Positions 1 to 6,873 of a stretch of DNA of 13,060 nucleotides are shown here, one piece after another (within the stretch, counting starts at the first letter, position 1; the number at the start of each line of letters is the position of its first letter). The notes under the pieces were generated by a model, which was not told where the DNA came from, searched no databases, and was given only the letters and a program-made list of their open reading frames with translations. Source of the stretch: an uncultured archaeon (lineage in GTDB: Archaea > Asgardarchaeota > Thorarchaeia > Thorarchaeales > Thorarchaeaceae); the NCBI GenBank assembly GCA_964590575.1, contig CAZPWM010000071.1, positions 3,359 through 16,418 on the forward strand. Direction: 5' to 3'. The position numbers and the translations under genes were made by a program.

Positions 1-1
1 A

Positions 2-433
2 TTGTCAGAAGCTGACGAAAAACTTCAGAAAGGTATCATTGAACTCGACAAAGGAAACGACAAGAAGGCATTCAGTCTATTCAAAGAAGTCTTTGAAGAG
101 AGACAGGAAAGACTCCTCAAGAAAGTACAGGATAATCCAAAGTCCCCGACATTGATGTTAGATGCACTCTATATGATTCATGGGCTTGTATGGCTTAGAG
201 TGGCAGAAGCAGGAAAAGAGAAGAAACATAGTGTTGAACTTTTAGGAAAAGCAGTAGGCACAGTTGAAGCAGCTCGAACTGCCTTGGGTCCGCTTGTCAC
301 TGGACTTGCACAATGGGCTAAGGAGAAGAACATCAAGGTAGTCCACAACAAGGCACTTGGACTTCTTGCAGCCACAAAAGATCTTGAAGATATGGCAAAG
401 AAAGCTCTAGAAGCAAGTAGGAGAATGGCTTAG
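2..433 (+). CDS. Hypothetical all-alpha protein (TPR/MIT-like N-terminal helical hairpin); may be 5'-truncated
   Basis: 143-aa ORF from TTG at 2 to TAG at 433; Lys/Glu/Ala/Leu-rich amphipathic helices; ADEKLQKGIIELDKGNDKKAFSLFKEV resembles a TPR/MIT helix pair. Upstream sequence is not visible. Confidence 0.7.
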   Translation: MSEADEKLQKGIIELDKGNDKKAFSLFKEVFEERQERLLKKVQDNPKSPTLMLDALYMIHGLVWLRVAEAGKEKKHSVELLGKAVGTVEAARTALGPLVTGLAQWAKEKNIKVVHNKALGLLAATKDLEDMAKKALEASRRMA

Positions 434-479
434 TACACAGTTTGCAAGTCCATATTTGAATAGACTCAAACCAAGAATC

Positions 480-815
480 CTACTTATTCATGTGGTTGGA
501 CCACTCTTCAGCGGAGAACCGTCCCTCCATTATTTCTAGCTCGGAGAGAATGGCGGATTCAAGGTCTACTTCAAAGGAGTTTGCTATTTGTGTAAATAGA
601 TTGAAGGCTTGGGCAAATTCTCGGCTAAGTTCTTCGTTCCTTGGAGCTTCATGACCCAGCCCTATCACTTTGTAGCCTTCCTTCACGGTGATGTGACGTG
701 AGATTTCTCCCAATTCCTCTATCAGATGGGCAAAGACCAGTGAAGCTGGAAACTTATCCCACCCACGGGCCTTGTCGAACTTATCGAGTTTCTCTTGAAT
801 CTCTCGGAGATGCAT
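480..815 (-). CDS. MazG-like all-alpha NTP pyrophosphohydrolase
   Basis: 111 aa; LREIQ..L..F...RGW start, HLIEELGEI (ExxE) motif, second site EFAQ, VDLESAI tail, all typical of single-domain MazG/dCTP pyrophosphatase-like proteins. ATG directly abuts the stop of the upstream gene. Confidence 0.85.
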   Translation of the reverse strand: MHLREIQEKLDKFDKARGWDKFPASLVFAHLIEELGEISRHITVKEGYKVIGLGHEAPRNEELSREFAQAFNLFTQIANSFEVDLESAILSELEIMEGRFSAEEWSNHMNK

Positions 816-1514
816 TTACACCATCCTCTTTGTGATTTGTAGCACTTGAGCACGTGCTTGATCCAGCACTGACACGGGAGGGCTCTTTAGAAAACCAAGT
901 TGTGTATCTACTGGAAGAGGCGCCCCACCTAGGAACATTGCCTCACTCACTACACCCATCATCTCAATGGGCGGGAGGACCGCACATGCGAGTTTTGTAC
1001 CCGCTTTCAAACCTTGAATATTCGTGACTATCTTCCAGATGCGAGATCCATCAGTACATCGACATTCGGTGAGATTCTTGGATTCGGGAATTGCTTGGAT
1101 TTGACTTAATTCCACTGCAATGATATCGACTGCATAAGCAGGTTCATCATCATATTCCTGAAGTTTTTGTGTCAGCTTCTCAACAATTCGAAATGCATAG
1201 AAAATTTCAGTCAAACCTAGGGTTTCTTTAACGGTTGAGGGTTTGTATCCTGAGGTTTCGATAGCCTCTTCAAGAACCCTTCGAAATTCCGCGATAGCCT
1301 CAACTATTTTTTGAGTAGCTTCAAGTTCAGCTACCTTCGGAGAAGGTACATAGGAATATTTGACTTCGTAGATCTGACTGCCAGCTTGTTGCAGAATTGA
1401 TCCAAGCTTCGAGTAGTCTACATGGAACTTCAATTTCCTATTTCCGACCATTTCGTTAAGACGTCTAAGTGCATCTTCAAGGACAAGTAGTCGGGAATCC
1501 TTCGCAGTGTCCAA
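816..1514 (-). CDS. Archaeal tRNA-binding protein with C-terminal EMAP/Trbp OB fold (COG2517-like)
   Basis: N-terminal DTAKDSRLLV matches the DTxKDxRLLV start of this family; central KYSY; C-terminal IVTNI...AVLPP...GVVSEAMFLG OB-fold motif. Start re-called to TTG 1514 (GGTGAG just upstream); GTG 1523 is the alternative. The 1652 start would overlap the divergent gene. Confidence 0.85.
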   Translation of the reverse strand: MDTAKDSRLLVLEDALRRLNEMVGNRKLKFHVDYSKLGSILQQAGSQIYEVKYSYVPSPKVAELEATQKIVEAIAEFRRVLEEAIETSGYKPSTVKETLGLTEIFYAFRIVEKLTQKLQEYDDEPAYAVDIIAVELSQIQAIPESKNLTECRCTDGSRIWKIVTNIQGLKAGTKLACAVLPPIEMMGVVSEAMFLGGAPLPVDTQLGFLKSPPVSVLDQARAQVLQITKRMV

Positions 1515-1588
1515 TATACTCACCAACTGTAACAAATCAGATGTTCTAGATAAACCTCTCCCATAGGGGGAGGAGGCCACACGAAGTG

Positions 1589-1596
1589 ATATAAAG
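1589..1596. promoter_or_regulatory. Candidate TATA box in divergent intergenic region
   Basis: ATATAAAG on +, CTTTATAT on -, between the divergent starts at about 1514 and 1647. Confidence 0.4.
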
Positions 1597-1646
1597 ATAA
1601 GCGCAATAATCCAGTCTGATTTCAACAACGGAAGCGACGCACCTTG

Positions 1647-2255
1647 ATGCAAGCCGTGTACATACTGATTGCAGACAGTGGCCTTTGTGTTCTTGATAGA
1701 AAATATGGCGAGGCCGAGATGGACCCCAACCTTATCAGTGGGTTCCTTACTGCACTAATTCAATTTGGACGTGAGCTTAGTGATGGTAACCGAGTTCATG
1801 TGATAGACTTTGGTGCATTCGACATTTGTCTCTCATTGAAAGACAATGTTATTGTCGCAGCTAGTGTTGACAAGGTTGATGACGGAAATGCAGCAATGGC
1901 TGTTCTGAGTGAGGTTAACAACGCATTCACGCACAAATATAGTAGTATGCTCAATGATTGGGATGGCAACCTTGAGCCCTTCGATTCCTTCTACGCTAAA
2001 CTTGATGAGATTACAAAGGAAGGTCGGGCTTCAGAAACCAAAATAGTAGTCCCTGTGCTAAGAGGAAAAGTCAATCCTATGCTAGTCCGTCTGGGACAGA
2101 TGAGCCAAACAATCTTTGATATAGCTAAGAAGTGTGATGGCAAACTCACAACCAGAGATATTGCAGACCAACTTGGTATGCATATGAAAGAAGTTCAGAA
2201 GTCACTCAATACTCTTGAGGACATGAAGATCCTTGAATGGAGAGAGATCGGATAG
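1647..2255 (+). CDS. Longin-domain protein with C-terminal winged helix-turn-helix (Asgard-type eukaryotic signature protein)
   Basis: VYILIADSGLCVLDRKY, DPNLISGFLTALIQFGREL, EVNNAFTHKY, WDGNLEPFDSF follow the longin beta-beta-alpha-beta3-alpha-alpha pattern; C-terminal CDGKLTTRDIADQLGM..KEVQKSLNTLEDMKILEW is a wHTH. ATG 1647 (TTG 1644 in frame). Confidence 0.8.
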   Translation: MQAVYILIADSGLCVLDRKYGEAEMDPNLISGFLTALIQFGRELSDGNRVHVIDFGAFDICLSLKDNVIVAASVDKVDDGNAAMAVLSEVNNAFTHKYSSMLNDWDGNLEPFDSFYAKLDEITKEGRASETKIVVPVLRGKVNPMLVRLGQMSQTIFDIAKKCDGKLTTRDIADQLGMHMKEVQKSLNTLEDMKILEWREIG

Positions 2256-2258
2256 ATC

Positions 2259-2263
2259 TTTTT
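2259..2263 (+). terminator. Possible oligo-T archaeal terminator
   Basis: TTTTT 3 nt after the TAG of the longin gene, in a convergent intergenic gap. Confidence 0.3.
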
Positions 2264-2321
2264 CATACTTATGGATTATGAAAACATCTTCCCTTGAGTG
2301 AAGAATAGGTTCCGCTTTATT

Positions 2322-3029
2322 CTATGCTGACTGACCCCATTCATTACCTGCTGCAATCAGGATAAGACCAATCACAATCAAACCGGGTGCTAAGACTCCA
2401 GGGATTGTTATTGAACCAAACACCATATCGCTCAGAACATAGCGCCCCGCATGGATTACCCTTCCTGCAAACAGGACAAAGAAACCTAGTCCTAAGAATA
2501 GGTTCGACCTTCGCAACGTGCCTCCAGACTGCCATGCGAGATACCAGAAGAGAAGGGGTATGAAGAGAGCATAGACTACGCCTGCAGTTCCTGAGAGGAG
2601 AACTCTTGTGGTGACATCTAGTGGGATAAACCCGAGAACAACGCCAAGTCCAACAGCAGGAACAGCGAACAGGATTTCAGCCCATCGCTTTCCAAAAATC
2701 ATGAAACCTGCAGTCGCAGACAACAGGGCTAATGCCATCCACTGGAAGAAAGCACCAGCCATCAACCAGAACGGCGATTCACCTAGGAACGGGAGGAAAC
2801 CTGAAAGCGTGCCTGTAAGACTCTGTGGGTCAGCATAGAAATCGCCTACGAAATAGAAACATCGACCAATAGCTAATAGGAGAAAGAATAGCGACATTGC
2901 GAATTGGAAAGGATTTCCTGTTTTCCTCCATCTTCGCCCCATAAAAATGAAGAGAAAGAAGTAGTACCCAACTACTAAGAACCACAATCCGGCGTGAACT
3001 TCGCGGATAATCATGTCGACTGTCTGCAT
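2322..3029 (-). CDS. Stand-alone integral membrane protein with about 7 transmembrane helices
   Basis: 235 aa; seven hydrophobic segments counted by eye; basic loops RRWRK, KR and RR after TM1, TM3 and TM5 imply N-out/C-in topology; GGAG upstream of the ATG. Confidence 0.8.
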   Translation of the reverse strand: MQTVDMIIREVHAGLWFLVVGYYFFLFIFMGRRWRKTGNPFQFAMSLFFLLLAIGRCFYFVGDFYADPQSLTGTLSGFLPFLGESPFWLMAGAFFQWMALALLSATAGFMIFGKRWAEILFAVPAVGLGVVLGFIPLDVTTRVLLSGTAGVVYALFIPLLFWYLAWQSGGTLRRSNLFLGLGFFVLFAGRVIHAGRYVLSDMVFGSITIPGVLAPGLIVIGLILIAAGNEWGQSA

Positions 3030-3168
3030 TCTACTGTCTCCGTCCTAGTCCTTCTGAATCACATTGGATAGCGTGCCAACAAATAAAGATATTCCGCGTA
3101 GAAAATCCAGTTAGGTACGCCCAGATAAGTGCTATATTCGCTTGAAAACGGTAATTAGCTGGTGTGGA

Positions 3169-3573
3169 ATGAGCTCAGAACATACGTGGAAACTTCAGAA
3201 TGATGATTCAACCATAGACGAATTCATAGACATTCGTCGAAAAGTTGGAAATCAAGTCATTCGTGAATACTTGCTTGATATAGTACTGAAGAAAAGCTCA
3301 ATCGTTCGTGTTACAGGTAAACTAAGAGGGCCAAAGAACGAGTTCAAGGATTTTGCGAAATTCCTCATTCTTAAAGTGGTCGTAAAGGGGGTATCAGCAA
3401 GATTTCTTGCAGAGTCGGGGGTCTATGAGAATCTGCGAATAGTTGCTGTCGATTCGAACAATCTTGCACAGCAAAGCCCCGAGGATTTAATTAGTGTTTT
3501 CACAAATGCTCTGGAAAATCCTGAGCAATATAATACTACATTGATTCTAAGCGAAGACTCAACGGTTCGATAA
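3169..3573 (+). CDS. Hypothetical alpha/beta protein
   Basis: Open frame 3142-3573; ATG 3169 preferred because GGTG lies just upstream. No family motif recognised. Confidence 0.7.
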   Translation: MSSEHTWKLQNDDSTIDEFIDIRRKVGNQVIREYLLDIVLKKSSIVRVTGKLRGPKNEFKDFAKFLILKVVVKGVSARFLAESGVYENLRIVAVDSNNLAQQSPEDLISVFTNALENPEQYNTTLILSEDSTVR

Positions 3574-3586
3574 GGTGGTTGTTAAA

Positions 3587-3778
3587 GTGTTCGAAAGATA
3601 TGCAAAGTGTCCTATCTGCTCAAAAAGAACTGTATTGAGAGTTCCACCGGATGTTATTGGCAATGCAGAAAGATTTCCTTTCACAGTGAAAGTGAAACAT
3701 GAAGATCACTACTTCTACATCAATCTAGATAGTCAAGCTTGGATTACTGATATCTTGCATCCTGAAATGGTTGAGTGA
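3587..3778 (+). CDS. Small putative zinc-binding protein (CxxC...HxxH)
   Basis: CPIC-x26-HEDH followed by a beta strand YFYINLD; AGGTGG overlapping the upstream stop favours GTG 3587 (GTG 3575 is the alternative); coupled to the previous gene. Confidence 0.75.
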   Translation: MFERYAKCPICSKRTVLRVPPDVIGNAERFPFTVKVKHEDHYFYINLDSQAWITDILHPEMVE

Positions 3779-3779
3779 C

Positions 3780-4586
3780 TCATCCAATATACCGATCAGA
3801 AGGACTTGAATCAACATCTGTCGGAGGACCTTTTTGAGTAATTTCATCCATGGCCCATTCAATGAATTCAACAACTTTCTCCACCTCTGTATCAATCATA
3901 TCGAAATGAGCTTTGATTCCAACAAGATTAGTTAGTTTCTCAAGGAGTATTCGTGCAGCCCTATAGTCAGCTTTGATTATACCCATTGTTTCGCCTAGAA
4001 GACAAGCGCCTTCCATATCATACACTGAAGCCGCCCAATTGGGAATTATCCCATTTGCTCCAACAACTACTCCCTCTTCAGTTGTTATAATTCCGTTAGC
4101 TTGTGATATCTTGTCTAGGAGATTTTGAGAGCTTGCAGATACATAGATTCTTGGGGGTTTTGGAAAAGAACCAAAATATTCTTGGTATCCCTGTTCATAT
4201 GCTGCCAAAGAATACAGTATTTTCACTCCAAGATTCGAGAATTCACTAGCTACGTAGTCTGCATACTCGAAGACGCCAGTTCCTGATGCTGGTTGGAAAT
4301 CTGCAGTGAGAATAAGAAGATCATGTGGTTCATCAGGTGCGGCGCGATAGAGATGTATTGATGACTTCGGACAACGAGAAATTCCTTTGCTGATTGTAAC
4401 TCGAGGAGGAAAGTCGTTAGTGAAGAAATCCAATATAAGTTGAGCATCAAGAACATTTGTGAGGGTTTGAATCGCAATTGTGCCGACATTAGCTATTCCA
4501 GGCAAACCAACGATACCAATGGGAGACCTCAATGAAGATGCGTCCAAGTCTATGAATCGACGGGTATACATATCTAGTAATGACAA
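3780..4586 (-). CDS. PAC2-family proteasome assembly chaperone
   Basis: IVGLPGIANVG, DFPP.V, LLILTADFQP, VVGANG, GACLLGET.G...D..AA..LL..L motifs and C-terminal RYIG. Confidence 0.92.
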   Translation of the reverse strand: MSLLDMYTRRFIDLDASSLRSPIGIVGLPGIANVGTIAIQTLTNVLDAQLILDFFTNDFPPRVTISKGISRCPKSSIHLYRAAPDEPHDLLILTADFQPASGTGVFEYADYVASEFSNLGVKILYSLAAYEQGYQEYFGSFPKPPRIYVSASSQNLLDKISQANGIITTEEGVVVGANGIIPNWAASVYDMEGACLLGETMGIIKADYRAARILLEKLTNLVGIKAHFDMIDTEVEKVVEFIEWAMDEITQKGPPTDVDSSPSDRYIG

Positions 4587-4618
4587 TGAAACTATTTGGT
4601 ATTTTGGGTCAGCGAGTT

Positions 4619-5371
4619 CTATAAACGGTAGAATCTGAGGGCGTTCTTTGTGGTTGATTGGGCAACATCTTCAGCTGGCAGACCCAGTAGGTTACTGAGA
4701 CTCTGAACACCATAGACAATGTTAGCAGGTTCATTCCGGTCTCCTGTTGGCGAAAGATAGGGACCATCAGTTTCCAACAGAATCTGGTCAAGAGGTACTA
4801 TCTCAGCTGCATCTTTTCGATTTCTATATTTTCCAAAATTAGCAGGGAGAGTGATGTACCATCCATTGTCTGCCACACGTTTCGCCACAGTAGGAGAACC
4901 ATCAAAACAGTGCATGAGAACATCTCCAGAGAAATTCTTCTCAAGGATATCTGTTGCTTCTGCTTCAGCCTTTCGGGAGTGAATAACGATAGGAAGTTCC
5001 AACTCTATAGCTAAATCGATAAACATCTGAAACAGAGGGTCTTGATTTTTCCGACCCTGTGAATCCTTTACCCAGTGATAGTCGAGACCCACCTCTCCTA
5101 CAGCTACTATATCTTTTGCATATTTCCGAGTCAAGCCTACAATTTTTTCTGCTTCATCCCTAGTGAGTTGTGAAACGCTGCACCCCGCAGAATGATGAAT
5201 AAAACCATGGTGTTTTTTCACAATTCCAAGTGTTCGGCGAAATGATGCGGAACTCATAGAGCTAGTGACCATTCCAACTAGACCAGCATCTTTTGCTCTC
5301 TGAATGACTCTCTCTATGTCATTCTTGAACTGCGGCATGTCGATATGAGTATGTGAATCGAATAGTTCCAA
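4619..5371 (-). CDS. tatD: TatD-family metal-dependent hydrolase/DNase
   Basis: DSHTH, AVGEVGLDY, PIVIHSR, MHCFDG, LLETDGPYL, RNEP, TTKNALRFY: complete TatD motif set. TTG start with AAGGAG upstream. Confidence 0.95.
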   Translation of the reverse strand: MELFDSHTHIDMPQFKNDIERVIQRAKDAGLVGMVTSSMSSASFRRTLGIVKKHHGFIHHSAGCSVSQLTRDEAEKIVGLTRKYAKDIVAVGEVGLDYHWVKDSQGRKNQDPLFQMFIDLAIELELPIVIHSRKAEAEATDILEKNFSGDVLMHCFDGSPTVAKRVADNGWYITLPANFGKYRNRKDAAEIVPLDQILLETDGPYLSPTGDRNEPANIVYGVQSLSNLLGLPAEDVAQSTTKNALRFYRL

Positions 5372-5408
5372 GACAGATTGCTCCTTATTTCTATCTAGAC
5401 GAGACGCC

Positions 5409-5416
5409 TTTAATTA
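5409..5416. promoter_or_regulatory. Candidate TATA element between divergent tatD and coiled-coil gene
   Basis: TTTAATTA about 30 nt upstream of ATG 5448 and about 38 nt from the tatD start. Confidence 0.4.
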
Positions 5417-5447
5417 TCGATGTATATGGACTTCAGACCGGACCACC

Positions 5448-6350
5448 ATGTCAGATGATATTAATGAACGACTTCGAGATAAGACAATACAAATTGTCAC
5501 TCTCAATCAGAAACTTGAAGCTATGCAAGCACAGCTTGGAGGTTCACAGAAACGAGCTAACCAATTAGGAGACCAAGTGTCGCAACTTGAAGCAACGATT
5601 GCTCAAAAAGACTCGGAAATTCAAATGCTCACTTCAGAACTCTCAAAGACAAAAGGAGTTCTTGATGTAGTTGGAAAAGAAGTACAGGGAATGAAGGCTG
5701 AGCAAACACAGCAACTTTTGAAGAAAGCACCAAGCTCTGATGGTTATACTATGAAAGAAGAACTTACACTTGCTGAACAAAAAATTGGGAGATTGCAGGA
5801 GGACTTGAAACGCTTCTCGCAGGTCGCAACTTTGGTCCTGAATGAGGACGAAGAGGCTCTGGAGAAATTACGCGAGGTGCTTCTTGAAGTGGGAGATCCC
5901 AAGTATCGCATCTTGAACATGGTGTTAAATCGTAAATCGATCAGAATCGATGAGATTGCCTCAACACTCATTATTGATGTATCAAGAGCACTGGAAATTG
6001 TCGATACACTCCAGGTTGCTGGAGAAATAGAAATCAGAGATGGGACAACCGTCATTCCAGCAAAGAAGTACAGAGAATTAAGTGTCCCTCGTGAGGCGTG
6101 GTTGAGAATGGAACCTGATGCAATATTTGCGGGGCTTCAAGAATTCCTAGGGAAAACGGATGACCAGGGAAGCATAGCCAATGCACTTGAAACTGCAGTA
6201 GAAATACTTGAACAGAAGCTTGCTCGTGGTGGAGCTCTAGTTTTTCAAATGAGACGAACTGCGGACTCTTGGAGTAAGCAAAGAGGCAATATTGAGGAAC
6301 TGCAATATACAATTAAAGATTGGAGAGGACGAGCAAACTCGTTGGGCTAA
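5448..6350 (+). CDS. Coiled-coil protein with central winged-helix domain and C-terminal helical bundle
   Basis: Residues about 1-145 show heptad periodicity (Q/E/K/L rich); PKYRILNMVLNRKSIRIDEIASTLIIDVSRALEIVDTLQVAGEIEIRDG is a wHTH; the last 85 or so residues look like amphipathic helices. Stop overlaps the convergent gene by 4 nt. Confidence 0.8.
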   Translation: MSDDINERLRDKTIQIVTLNQKLEAMQAQLGGSQKRANQLGDQVSQLEATIAQKDSEIQMLTSELSKTKGVLDVVGKEVQGMKAEQTQQLLKKAPSSDGYTMKEELTLAEQKIGRLQEDLKRFSQVATLVLNEDEEALEKLREVLLEVGDPKYRILNMVLNRKSIRIDEIASTLIIDVSRALEIVDTLQVAGEIEIRDGTTVIPAKKYRELSVPREAWLRMEPDAIFAGLQEFLGKTDDQGSIANALETAVEILEQKLARGGALVFQMRRTADSWSKQRGNIEELQYTIKDWRGRANSLG

Positions 6351-6760
6351 TCTTTCTTAGTATCATTCGAACTATCTTTGATGGCTTCCCTAACATAAGA
6401 ACCAAAGTCAGAGGTTTCTCCATCTCGTTGTACACGGATTGTCGGACCTTCGCCTTTGACTTGACGTTCGACATAACGAATATCAAGCTGAGTGATTGTT
6501 TGACGTAGACCTCTGTAGACAATAAGATAGAGAACTATATCTTCTACTCTCTTCCCAATGCTAGGTTCGTTTGTCTTGAGTGTAGAGAGATAAGTCTGAG
6601 CGTCCTTGGCGAGGAATCTTTGAAGAAGCTTGGTACGCTCGACGTCTGTCTTTTCCTTGTGCTCCTTCTGTTCCTGCATCTTCTTCTCATGAGCCATTAG
6701 TTCTGCCATTTTTTTCCGTCTAATAATGGCAAGCTCCGTGTCGTCATCACTCAGTGTCAA
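6347..6760 (-). CDS. PDCD5/TFAR19-like double-stranded DNA-binding protein (divergent)
   Basis: DDTELAIIRRKKMAEL N-terminus, LLQRFLAKDA..YL..LK..EP.....VE..V..L, TIT..DI, TIRVQR reproduce the PDCD5 (dsDNA_bind) pattern. AGGAGGT lies only 1 nt before TTG 6760, so CTG 6754 may be the real start. Confidence 0.75.
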   Translation of the reverse strand: MTLSDDDTELAIIRRKKMAELMAHEKKMQEQKEHKEKTDVERTKLLQRFLAKDAQTYLSTLKTNEPSIGKRVEDIVLYLIVYRGLRQTITQLDIRYVERQVKGEGPTIRVQRDGETSDFGSYVREAIKDSSNDTKKD

Positions 6761-6790
6761 TACCTCCTGATTTTGCCCTTTCTGGATACA

Positions 6791-6827
6791 GTTAAAGATA
6801 ACGATACAGCGAGGGTTGTTTTTTTAA
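6791..6827. promoter_or_regulatory. Candidate back-to-back TATA boxes
   Basis: CTTTAAC on - (6791-6797) about 30 nt before the PDCD5-like gene; TTTTTTTAA on + (6819-6827) about 46 nt before TTG 6874. Confidence 0.35.
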
Positions 6828-6873
6828 CATTCAAGTAACACCTTAGCATAGATATCTTGGACGTGAATATTGC

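Noticed and set aside
1524-1652. Long N-terminal extension of the 816..1652 ORF
   Set aside because: Overlaps the divergent longin start, covers the likely promoter, and family similarity begins at DTAKD.
2322-2420. 7TM protein as a microbial rhodopsin (helio- or schizorhodopsin)
   Set aside because: No Lys in TM7 for retinal attachment and no RYxxW-type motif in TM3.
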